A stretch of 64,000 nucleotides of DNA from NCBI GenBank assembly GCA_963754315.1, contig CAVWFS010000015.1, forward strand, positions 32,001-96,000, given 5' to 3'. A program made the translations under genes and the position numbers. The notes beneath the pieces were generated by a model, which saw only the letters and a program-made list of their open reading frames with translations, was not told where the DNA came from and ran no database searches. Shown here one piece after another: positions 55,407 to 64,000 of this stretch; within the stretch, counting starts at the first letter, position 1; each line of letters opens with the position of its first letter. The stretch is from an uncultured Candidatus Rokubacteria bacterium (GTDB taxonomy: Bacteria; Methylomirabilota; Methylomirabilia; Rokubacteriales; CSP1-6).

Positions 55407-55559
55407 TTACTTCGCGGCGCTCTGGTTAGGGCGCCGTTGGCGGCCGCCCCCGAAGTAGTCGATATATCGATCGATCAGCCGGGGTTGATTCTCGAGAAGC
55501 AACGACAGGTACAGTATGGAGTCGACGATGCGTCGCCGGGTGGCTATCTGGGTTGTCAT
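55407..55559 (-). CDS. Putative 50-aa small protein (below the ORF-track cut-off)
   Basis: GGGAGGGG upstream of [53 protein letters not shown]. Confidence 0.5.
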   Translation of the reverse strand: MTTQIATRRRIVDSILYLSLLLENQPRLIDRYIDYFGGGRQRRPNQSAAK

Positions 55560-55648
55560 GACCTACCCCTCCCGTTAGCCCTTAGACTCCCGGGGACCCA
55601 TCCCCATTCACACGTCTCGGAGGGCACTTCCTCGTCGTGCTCCGCGGG

Positions 55649-55834
55649 CTACAACGTTGCCACGTCCTCCTCCCGATCGCCGCGAGGGAGCCGGGCGGGC
55701 TCCTTGCCGCGATGGAGAAGATCACACAGGATGCGGTTGCCCTCGGCCCACCGATCGTCGCCGGACAACTGGTGATGTCCGCATAGAGAAGAGCCGTCGG
55801 TGAGCTCGGCTCCGCAGGAGGCGCAGAGGCTCAT
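55649..55834 (-). CDS. Small Cys/His-rich protein (putative Zn-binding)
   Basis: CASC-x10-CGHH and CDLLH; GAGGAG upstream. Confidence 0.7.
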   Translation of the reverse strand: MSLCASCGAELTDGSSLCGHHQLSGDDRWAEGNRILCDLLHRGKEPARLPRGDREEDVATL

Positions 55835-55890
55835 AGGTCTTCTCCTCTGCCTGAAGAACCTCCCGCCGCCGCCGTTTGTTCCGAAACCTC

Positions 55891-56252
55891 CTAGCGATAC
55901 TCCGGCGCCGCCACGCCCTCGATCGCGACGTTGACACAGGCGGGCAGACCCGACCTTAGGGCCCGGTCGAGGGCCGGCGCGAGGTCGTCGGCGTCCTCCA
56001 CGAACTCACCGTGGGCGCCCAGGGCCTCCGCCAGCTTGTCGTAGCGTGAAAGCAGCAGCCGGCATCCGACGGCGCGCTCGCGCCGTAATGCCGGATCTGC
56101 AGCTGGTGCTCGGCGTTCCAGCAGGCGTCGTTTCCGATCACGGTCAGGATCGGCAGGATCTGGTTTCCCGACAGCGAGAAGAGGTGTCGCACGCCGGCCG
56201 CCACCAGCGCGTCAACCACGAGGTCAGCTCCTCGCAGGGGCATGGGCGTCAC
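55891..56252 (-). pseudogene. Internally deleted thiamine pyrophosphate-binding (acetolactate synthase-like) gene
   Basis: N-terminal GADLVVDALVAAGVRHLFSLSGNQIL joins directly to C-terminal LPILTVIGNDACWN..RYDKLAEALGAHGEFV..PACVNV. Confidence 0.8.
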
Positions 56253-56285
56253 GCGGCCTCTGCGCGTTCGTTACAATACGGCTCC

Positions 56286-56813
56286 GTGGCCGAGCGCCGG
56301 AACCGGCACCACCTGTTTGTCATCGTCCATCTGCTGGCGCTGGCGATCGGGCTCGGCACGGCGTCGACGAGTGCAGCCGCCGATGCCCCCGGCGGCCTGG
56401 TTGGCCTGCGTCGGGTGAGTGTGCTTGTCGATCTGGAGCATCCCATCGACCCCGTGTCCGTCGAGGACTTGGTGACGCGCGTGGAGGAGGCCTTGCGGGG
56501 GACAGAGCCGCCCCTGGCCATCCACGAACCCGCCACCGACAGGATTCGGCTCATCGTCTCCGTGGGCCCGGTGAGCGCCACGACGCTCCGTGGATTCTGG
56601 CTCCCCCTGTCAGGCACGTACGGGATCGGTTCCGTCCGGCTGGCCGTGGAACGGCTGGTGACCCTGCCGGGCGCGCCACACAAGTTGACCGCCACCGTAT
56701 GGCAGACTGACCGTCGTGTGGCCGGGCCGTGGCGCACGATCGGCCCCGAGACGATGCATGCCGTCGACGAGTTGCTGGCCGAGCTTCTGGAAGCCCGCCG
56801 CCAGGTACGGTGA
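56286..56813 (+). CDS. Hypothetical secreted protein
   Basis: Signal-peptide-like N-terminus; TACAAT 8 nt upstream of GTG. Confidence 0.6.
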   Translation: MAERRNRHHLFVIVHLLALAIGLGTASTSAAADAPGGLVGLRRVSVLVDLEHPIDPVSVEDLVTRVEEALRGTEPPLAIHEPATDRIRLIVSVGPVSATTLRGFWLPLSGTYGIGSVRLAVERLVTLPGAPHKLTATVWQTDRRVAGPWRTIGPETMHAVDELLAELLEARRQVR

Positions 56814-56816
56814 GCC

Positions 56817-57008
56817 CTACTGAGCTTGAAAGCCGACCTTGTTATGGGTGCCGTCGCAGAACGGCTTTGTCGTGGAGCTGCCACACCGACAGAGGGCAAT
56901 CCGCGGACGGGCGCTCGTATCGATCTTGTTGCCGGCGGGATCGAGGACCTCGACCTCGCCCTCGATCAGGTAAGGTCCGTTGGGGCGGCAGGCAATCTTG
57001 ACGGTCAT
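56817..57008 (-). CDS. CDGSH iron-sulfur domain protein
   Basis: NGPYL and ALCRCGSSTTKPFCDGTH. Confidence 0.92.
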   Translation of the reverse strand: MTVKIACRPNGPYLIEGEVEVLDPAGNKIDTSARPRIALCRCGSSTTKPFCDGTHNKVGFQAQ

Positions 57009-57102
57009 CACGGTCCCCCTTTGTGCGCGGCTCAGCCGCGTCGGGCCTACACTACCACGGTGAGAACGTTGCGTTGCAGCGCACACGGCGTACACTCGGG
57101 CC

Positions 57103-58524
57103 ATGAACGAGCCGGGCGCGATCCTGCTCATCGCCTGTTATGAGCTGGGTCACCAGCCCCTTGCCGTCGCCTGGCCTGTCGCCTTCCTGGAACGTGCGGG
57201 GTATACGCCGGACGTGCTGGACCTCTCGGTCGAGCCGTTTGATGCCGAGAAGGTGCGGCGTGCACGACTGATCGCCCTCTCCGTACCCATGCACACGGCG
57301 CTCCGGCTGGGGGTGCACGTCGCCGAGCGCATCCGCGCCCTCAATCCCGGGTGTCATCTGGCCTTCTATGGTCTCTACGCGACTCTCAACGCCGACTACT
57401 TGCGCGAGCACGGCGTCGACTCGGTACTCTCCGGTGAGGTCGAACAGGCGCTCGTCGAGCTCGCGAATGCGCTCGAGGGCAATCACCGTCCCCTGCACTC
57501 GCCCGCACCACGGCTCGAGAAGCTCAGCTTCCCTCCCCCGAGCCGTCGTCTGCTTCCGGATCTGAAGAGATACGCCCGCCTCGAGCACGGCGGGCGTCAG
57601 GAGCTTGCCGGGCACGTGGAAGCCAGCCGCGGCTGTCGGCATCTGTGCGCGCACTGTCCGATCCCGCCGATCTACGGTGGGCGCTTCTTCGTGGTCCCGC
57701 GCGCGGTCGTGCTCGCCGACGTGAGACAGCTCGTTGAGGCCGGGGCCGCCCACATCACCTTCGGCGACCCGGACTTCCTGAACGGCCCCAAGCATGCCTT
57801 TGCCGTGGCGCAGGAACTCCACGCCGAGTTTCCTCACCTGACGTTCGACGTGACCGCCAAGATCGAGCACTTGCTCCGGCACCGGCACCGGCTGCCCGAG
57901 CTTGCCACTGCCGGTTGCCTGTTCATCGTGTCTGCGGTGGAGTCGCTCAGCGATGTCGTGCTCGGTCACCTCGCCAAGGGCCATTCGCGCGCCGACGTCC
58001 TCGAGGCCCTGCACGCGGTGCGCGGGTCCGGCATGACCTTGCGCCCGACCTGGGTCCCGTTCACACCGTGGACCACCCTCGACGACTACCGCGAGATGCT
58101 GGACTTCGTGGAGCGGGAGCATCTCATCGATGCCGTGGACCCGGTCCAGTACTCGATCCGGCTGCTGGTCCCTCCGGGCTCCCTGCTTGCGACCAGCCAG
58201 GCCATGCGCCCACACCTCGGGCAGCTCGTGGCCAAAGACTTCTACTACGAGTGGACGCATCCCGACCCGTCGATGGACACGCTCCAGCGGGCGGTCGCCT
58301 CCCTGGTAGAGGACGCCGCCGCGCGCGCAGAGGACCCGGCGGTCACGTTCGGGAGGATCCGCGACACGGCTGAGGCGGCCGCCGGATGCCCTCCGCGATC
58401 GGCCCCGATTCTGCCCGCCGGACGGCCACGCGCGCCCCGACTCAGCGAGCCCTGGTTCTGCTGAGCGGAACCTACTCGGGGCCAGTTGGCCCTCACGGAA
58501 AAGTCGGCTACAGTAGGAGTTTGA
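57103..58524 (+). CDS. CUAEP-tail radical SAM selenoprotein with B12-binding-like N-domain; Sec UGA at 58462-58464
   Basis: CRHLCAHC radical SAM motif; ...SEPWFC-TGA-AEPTRGQLALTEKSATVGV*. Confidence 0.9.
58478..58493 (+). promoter_or_regulatory. SECIS-like hairpin of the radical SAM gene
   Basis: GGGGCC-AGUU-GGCCCU begins 13 nt after UGA. Confidence 0.7.
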
Positions 58525-58561
58525 GACGGTTGGTGACAGCATAGGTTCGAGAGGTGACACC

Positions 58562-58843
58562 ATGAGTGACGAGCTGAAGGCAAAGGTCCAAGAGCTCATC
58601 GATTCGACCATCAATCCGGCTGTGGCCGGTCACGGCGGCTTCGTCGAGCTGATCGATATCCAGGATAGCCGCGTTTATCTTCAGCTAGGCGGGGGATGCC
58701 AGGGCTGCGGCATGTCGGACGTGACCCTGAAGGCCGGCATCGAGCGGCTCATCAAGGAGGAGATCCCGGAGGTCGCCGAGGTCGTGGACACCACCGACCA
58801 CGCCTCCGGATCCAACCCCTACTACACGCCCGGCAAGGCCTGA
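58562..58843 (+). CDS. NifU/NfuA C-terminal domain Fe-S carrier
   Basis: INPAVAGHGG, GGGCQGC, DTTDHASGSNPYY. Confidence 0.92.
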   Translation: MSDELKAKVQELIDSTINPAVAGHGGFVELIDIQDSRVYLQLGGGCQGCGMSDVTLKAGIERLIKEEIPEVAEVVDTTDHASGSNPYYTPGKA

Positions 58844-58869
58844 GCGCCCGGCGCTCAGTCGAGGGGCAC

Positions 58870-60126
58870 GTGGATCGCCTGCTGCTCCTCTTACCAACCA
58901 CGACGTACCGGACCGAGGATTTCCTCGAAGCCGCCAGCCGCCTCGGGGTTGACCTCGTGTGCGCGTCAGAGAGCCCCAGCACCTTCGAAAGCCACGCGCC
59001 CGATAGGCTGTTGACCCTGGACTTGACGGATCCGGAGGGGGCGGCCAGCACGACCGCCCGCTTCGCCGAGCGTTACCCAATCCACGGGGTCGTGGGGGTG
59101 GACGACAGCACCACGGTCGTGGCGGCTGCCATTGCCGCGCGGTTGGGTCTTCGGGCAAACTCCATCGGCTCCGCGGCCGCCGGCCGAAACAAGCGGCTCA
59201 TGCGCGATCGGCTGGCCGCCGCTGGCGTTCGTCAGCCAGCCTTTCGCCCGTTGCCTCTGGACGGCGATCCGCTTGCTCTGGCCCAGGAAGTCGACTATCC
59301 GTGCGTGCTCAAGCCTCTCGCGCTGTCCGCCAGCCGTGGGGTGATCCGCGCCGACGACATTGGCCAGTTTACCGATGCCATGCTTCGCATTCGGGCGATT
59401 CTGGGCCGCGACGACGTCGCGGTGAGTGAAGAGGCGAAGAAAACATTCCTGGTCGAGAGCTTCATCCCCGGCTGCGAGGTTGCCCTGGAAGGGTTGCTGG
59501 TCGAGGGCGACTTGCGCGTGCTGGCCATCTTCGACAAGCCCGATCCCCTCGACGGACCATTTTTCGAGGAGACCATCTACGTCACGCCGCCACGTCTTGC
59601 TTGTGACGTCCAGAAGGCCATCGCCCACACGACGGCGGAGGCCTGCAAGGCCCTTGGGCTCACCAGCGGGCCCATTCACGCAGAGTTGCGCCTGAACGAT
59701 GACGGGCCATGGGTGATCGAGGTTGCCGCGCGCTCCATCGGCGGGCTTTGCTCTCGTACCTTGCGGTTCGGGACGGGTATGAGCCTGGAGGAGCTGATCC
59801 TTCGCCAGGCCCTCGGCTGGCCCCTGATGTCAACCGAACGAGACGATCGGGCAGCCGGTGTCATGATGATTCCAATTCCGCGGGCCGGTCGGCTGGCCGG
59901 CGTGCAGGGAGTGGAGGCCGCCAAGGCCGTCCTGGGAATCGAGGACGTCGTGATCTCGGCTCACCTCGACCAGGAGCTGATCCCCTTGCCGGAGGGCTGG
60001 CAATACCTCGGCTTCATCTTCGCGCGGGCCCAGACCCCGGCCGACGTGGAGGCGGCCCTGCGCGATGCCCACGCGCGGCTCCGCTTCGACATCGCCGAGC
60101 CGGCCAGGAGACCACTACCGTCATGA
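58870..60126 (+). CDS. ATP-grasp domain ligase
   Basis: NKRLMR, YPCVLKP, SASRGV, LVESFIPG, HAELR, IEVAAR. Confidence 0.88.
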   Translation: MDRLLLLLPTTTYRTEDFLEAASRLGVDLVCASESPSTFESHAPDRLLTLDLTDPEGAASTTARFAERYPIHGVVGVDDSTTVVAAAIAARLGLRANSIGSAAAGRNKRLMRDRLAAAGVRQPAFRPLPLDGDPLALAQEVDYPCVLKPLALSASRGVIRADDIGQFTDAMLRIRAILGRDDVAVSEEAKKTFLVESFIPGCEVALEGLLVEGDLRVLAIFDKPDPLDGPFFEETIYVTPPRLACDVQKAIAHTTAEACKALGLTSGPIHAELRLNDDGPWVIEVAARSIGGLCSRTLRFGTGMSLEELILRQALGWPLMSTERDDRAAGVMMIPIPRAGRLAGVQGVEAAKAVLGIEDVVISAHLDQELIPLPEGWQYLGFIFARAQTPADVEAALRDAHARLRFDIAEPARRPLPS

Positions 60127-60884
60127 CCCTCACCGAGATCGCCCAGAGCCTTCAAAGCTCCCTTTCGCTCACCTGGTCACCGGTGGCGATAGCCCTCACC
60201 GATTCGGCTCCGGCTGGCGTCCCCGCCTTCAGCGGCAAGGTGGCCGCCGGCTGCCGCTTCTGGCAGGAAGCCGCCACCCGGACGTTCGTGACCGCGCCAC
60301 GTGACCATGACCTGTGCGCGATCGGGACTTTCACCCATAACCTCGAGGTGAGTGCCGCCCACGAGACCGACCGGCGGGACGCGCTTCACGTTTTCGCCGA
60401 CCTCGGCTACGTGCGCCCGGAGGATATCCCCAACATTCCCGTACTCGCCCGGCGACCGGCCTTCGTGGTGTACGGACCCCTCGCCGATTCGCCGCTGCCA
60501 CCCGACGTCGTGCTGCTCTTCGTTCGTGCCGACCAGACGCTCATCCTGTCCGAAGCCTCACAGTCCCTGGAAGGCGGCCTCCCGCCGGCCATGGGCCGTC
60601 CGGCCTGCGCGATCATCCCTCAGGTCAAGAATACCGGCCGTGCGGCCCTGAGCCTGGGCTGCTGCGGAGCGCGGGCCTACCTCGACATCCTCACCGACGA
60701 CGTGGCGCTCTACGCGATTCCCGGACCTAGCCTCGAGGCCTTTGCGCTACGGGTCACCGAGCTGGCCAAGGCCAACCAGACCCTGAGCATCTTCCATCGC
60801 ATCCGGCGGAAGGACGTGGAGGGCGGGAAGACCCCCACGATCAAGGAATCACTGGCGGCCATGGCCACTGGCGGCGGAGGCTGA
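60123..60884 (+). CDS. DUF169-like Cys-containing protein
   Basis: PVAIAL, AGCRFW, LCAIG, RPACAIIP, LSLGCCGAR; ATGA-coupled to the ATP-grasp gene. Confidence 0.75.
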   Translation: MTLTEIAQSLQSSLSLTWSPVAIALTDSAPAGVPAFSGKVAAGCRFWQEAATRTFVTAPRDHDLCAIGTFTHNLEVSAAHETDRRDALHVFADLGYVRPEDIPNIPVLARRPAFVVYGPLADSPLPPDVVLLFVRADQTLILSEASQSLEGGLPPAMGRPACAIIPQVKNTGRAALSLGCCGARAYLDILTDDVALYAIPGPSLEAFALRVTELAKANQTLSIFHRIRRKDVEGGKTPTIKESLAAMATGGGG

Positions 60885-60931
60885 GCGCGAGGGCGCCCCG
60901 TCCTGGCCCACCGCCCCAAGGAGGTTCGACG

Positions 60932-62710
60932 ATGCCGTCGACGAAATTCGCGAATCTCGTGGAGATGTTCGAGCGCTCCGCCAGCACGTTTGCGTCCCAT
61001 CCGCTGTTCGGGCTCAAGCGGGGCGGCCAGTGGTCGTGGATCACGTACCAGGACGTCGCCCGGCAAGTCGACGCGTTCCGGGGCGGCCTGGCCGGGCTCG
61101 GGGTAAAGCGTGGCGACCGCGTCGCCATCGTCTCCAACAATCGGCCGGAATGGGCGATCAGCGCCTATGCGTGCTTCGGCCTCGGGGCCTCGCTGGTGCC
61201 CATGTATGAGGCGCAGCTACCCACGGAGTGGGGCTACATCTGCGCGGACTGTAGCCCGGTGGCCATCATCGCCGCCACCGGTGAGATCTTCGACAAGTGC
61301 CTGGCGTTGCCCAAGAGCGTGTCCGCCATGAAGCACGTCCTCGGACTCGCGCTGCCCTCGGATCATCCGAGCTCGTTCGAGGGCGTGCTGGCCGCCGGCA
61401 CACGGAACCCCACGCCGGCCATACGTCCCGAGCCCACGGACACCGCGTGCCTCATATACACGTCGGGCACCACCGGCTACCCCAAGGGTGTCATCCTTTC
61501 GCACAGCAACATCGCGTCGAACATCAGCGCCGTGCACGAGATGATGCCCATGGGCGGCCAGGACAGAAGCCTCTCCTTCCTTCCCTGGGCCCACTCCTTC
61601 GGACAGACGTGCGAGCTGCACGCGCTCCTCTCGCTGGGTGCATCCATGGCGCTGTGCGAGGACGTGACCAAGCTGGTCGAGCAGCTGCCCGAGGTGAGGC
61701 CGACCCTGCTCGTGAGCGTCCCGCGCGTCTTCAACCGCATCTACGACGGCGTGCACCAGCAGATGGCCAGCAAACCCAAGGCCATCCAGAAGCTCTTCCA
61801 CAATGGCCTGCGCGCGGCCAGCAAGCGACGCCAGGGCGCTGTCCTCGGCACCGGGGAGAGGCTCGTCCTCGCGCTGGCTGACCGCCTCGTGTTCTCGAAG
61901 ATCCGGGCTCGGTTCGGGGGACGTATGAAGTACGCCTTCAGCGGAGGGGCCGCCCTCGCGCGCGAAGTGGCGGAGTTCATCGACAGCCTCGGGATCACCG
62001 TATACGAAGGGTACGGTCTCACCGAGACCAGTCCCATCGCCACCGGTAACCGGCCCGGTGTTCATCGCATCGGCAGCGTGGGCAAGCCGATCCCGGGAGT
62101 GCGGATCGAGCTCGATCAGAGCGCCTCGACCGAGGGTGGTGAGGGCGAGATCGTCGTGTACGGCCCCAACGTGATGCAGGGTTATCACAATCAGGAAGCG
62201 GAGAACCGCGCCGTCTTCACGTCCGACCGAGGCTTCCGCACCGGGGACCTCGGGCGCTTCGACGGGGACGGCTTCCTCTACATCACCGGGCGCATCAAGG
62301 AGCAGTACAAGCTCCAGAACGGCAAGTACGTGGCGCCGGCCCCCCTCGAGGAGCAGCTCAAGCTATCGCCCTACATTCTGAACGCCCTCCTGTTCGGCGA
62401 TAACCGGCCACACAACGTCGCGCTCATCGTGCCGGACATGGCTTCCCTCAAGCAGTGGAGCACCCGGCACGGGATCGTGACAACCAGTGACGAGGAGCTG
62501 CTCGCTCATCCGCGAGCGCTCGCCCTGATCCAGGAGGAAGTCGACCGGTACGCGGCTGGCTGGAGAGGGTTCGAACGGGTCCACAAGGTGACCCTCATCG
62601 CCGAGGATTTCACCACGCAGAACGGTTACCTCACCCCCACCCTCAAGTTGAAGCGGCGGGTGGCGCTGCAGACTTACGGGCCCCGCATCGAAGCCCTGTA
62701 CCGGGAGTAG
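60932..62710 (+). CDS. Long-chain fatty acid-CoA ligase (AMP-binding)
   Basis: YTSGTTGYPKG, EGYGLTE, TGDLG, LTPTLKLKR. Confidence 0.92.
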   Translation: MPSTKFANLVEMFERSASTFASHPLFGLKRGGQWSWITYQDVARQVDAFRGGLAGLGVKRGDRVAIVSNNRPEWAISAYACFGLGASLVPMYEAQLPTEWGYICADCSPVAIIAATGEIFDKCLALPKSVSAMKHVLGLALPSDHPSSFEGVLAAGTRNPTPAIRPEPTDTACLIYTSGTTGYPKGVILSHSNIASNISAVHEMMPMGGQDRSLSFLPWAHSFGQTCELHALLSLGASMALCEDVTKLVEQLPEVRPTLLVSVPRVFNRIYDGVHQQMASKPKAIQKLFHNGLRAASKRRQGAVLGTGERLVLALADRLVFSKIRARFGGRMKYAFSGGAALAREVAEFIDSLGITVYEGYGLTETSPIATGNRPGVHRIGSVGKPIPGVRIELDQSASTEGGEGEIVVYGPNVMQGYHNQEAENRAVFTSDRGFRTGDLGRFDGDGFLYITGRIKEQYKLQNGKYVAPAPLEEQLKLSPYILNALLFGDNRPHNVALIVPDMASLKQWSTRHGIVTTSDEELLAHPRALALIQEEVDRYAAGWRGFERVHKVTLIAEDFTTQNGYLTPTLKLKRRVALQTYGPRIEALYRE

Positions 62711-62719
62711 GGCCGACGG

Positions 62720-63638
62720 TCAGTCGGGGTCGGGGTCCGGGTTCGCAGTACCGATGCTAGCCGTTTCCCGCCCCATCCGTCGGAGCCAGGCTTCGACCAC
62801 GGCGACGAAGCGCGTGGGCGCTTCCAGCTGGGGGACGTGGCCGACGTCATCGAAAATCTCGAACGCCCAGTCAGGGCGCTTTCGAGCCAGCGCCTGGGAA
62901 GCGGCCAACGGCACGAGCCGGTCTTTGGTGCCCTGGATCAGCAGGGTGGGGGCAACGATCGTGCTGACCATCGCGTCGTACAGTCGGCGGCGGCGCAATA
63001 TGCCCAGCAGGGAGCGCGCAGCCTCCAGAAACGTCCGATTCGCCGCTGGCATTGTCGTGAGCCGGTCGGCGGTGAGCGCGACGTGCGCTCGGCGTACATC
63101 GTCCGGAACACGGGATGGATCGACACAGAGCAGGCGGAGCACCTCGCGAACGAGGCCCTCGGGACCCAGCCGTTCCCCGCGCCGGCGGAGATACCACTCG
63201 CCGACCCATGGGATCGAGTAGATGGCGAAGGCCTGCAAGATCTCGCGGTCGACCCGCGTCCCGGCCGGGAGGGGCTGCGCCGGCGCCACCAGTACGAGCC
63301 CGGCCACGTTCTCGGGGTGGAGGGCGGCCTCCATCATCGCGATAAGCCCTCCCATGGAATTGCCGACAAGGATGACGGGCTGGCCAACCGCAGCGAGAAA
63401 TCGATGCAAGGCATTCCCGATTGGCGGCAACGCGGGCCGAGCGCCCTGCCGGTGGCGTTCGGCCGAATCCTGGGAGATCCGGAGCGATGACCTGTGCCCG
63501 CTCCGCTAGCCTTGGCGCCACGGCCAGCCAGTTCGCATGCGAGCCGCCGAGTCCGTGGACGAGGACCAGACGGGAACCGGAGCCGCCGAAGTCCGCACAG
63601 TGCACGGGTCCGCCTGCGTCGACCGTTCGCATGTGCAT
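62720..63638 (-). CDS. Alpha/beta hydrolase, frameshift near 63416
   Basis: VHGLGGS and DLPGFG in one frame; GNSMGG and GHVPQ in the next. Confidence 0.85.
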
Positions 63639-63754
63639 CGAAGACCGCCCCTCCTGGTCCTCCCGGGATCGTACATCACGGTTTGCCGCGACCGTCACGT
63701 CTGAGACAATGCGCCCAGACCTCCGGGTCGGCTATGACACAAAGGGGTGCGCCG

Positions 63755-64000
63755 ATGACCACGCACGTGATCGAACCACGGATGGAGCTGGAGCAGAACC
63801 TCCACCTGTACCGCCAGATGGCGAAGATTCGCGCCTTCGAGGAGCAGGTCCACGAGCTGTACAAGAGCGCCAAGATGCCGGGCCTGGCCCATCTGTACGT
63901 GGGCGAGGAAGGGGTGGCGGTGGGCGTGTGCGAAGCCCTGCGTCGCGACGACCTCATCACGAGCACTCATCGTGGGCACGGCCACTGCCTGGCCAAGGGA
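63755..64000 (+). CDS. TPP-dependent dehydrogenase E1 alpha subunit (acetoin/pyruvate DH-like), 3'-partial
   Basis: MTTHVIEPR..IRAFEE..MPGLAHLYVGEEGVAVG..STHRGHGHCLAKG runs off the window. Confidence 0.92.
   Translation, partial: MTTHVIEPRMELEQNLHLYRQMAKIRAFEEQVHELYKSAKMPGLAHLYVGEEGVAVGVCEALRRDDLITSTHRGHGHCLAKG

Noticed and set aside
55459..55476. AT-rich palindrome TCGATATATCGA(TCGATC) as an operator
   Set aside because: It lies inside the putative 50-aa ORF (IDRYID codons) and I saw no second copy.

Overview
High-GC bacterial chromosomal window. The gene content and the palindromic repeats suggest a Rokubacteria/Methylomirabilota-like soil organism, but this is inference only. It is packed with catabolic enzymes and transporters: YejABEF-type peptide ABC, branched-chain ABC, sugar ABC, TRAP, amidohydrolases, SDRs and a P-type ATPase. 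The main signal the ORF track misses is three in-frame UGA codons at Cys-type motif positions, each followed by a SECIS-like hairpin. They mark a secreted peroxiredoxin (FTNT-U), a ResA-like thioredoxin-fold protein (WGSW-U-GC) and a B12-binding-like radical SAM enzyme with a C-U-AEP tail. The radical SAM gene heads an uncharacterised Se/Fe-S cluster (NifU-like, ATP-grasp, DUF169-like, divergent CDGSH protein), which is the best candidate here for an undescribed system. Other points of interest: a cytochrome P460/c'-beta plus cupredoxin fusion, an MlaC plus metallophosphoesterase fusion, a non-canonical proline-racemase-family enzyme, a decaying ~87-bp palindromic tandem repeat, several internally deleted gene remnants and leaderless promoters. 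About 11 single-base frameshifts look like consensus errors, and one of them creates a false zwf-glucosidase fusion. No rRNA, tRNA, CRISPR array or transposase was recognised. All calls are from reading the sequence by eye; no database searches were run.
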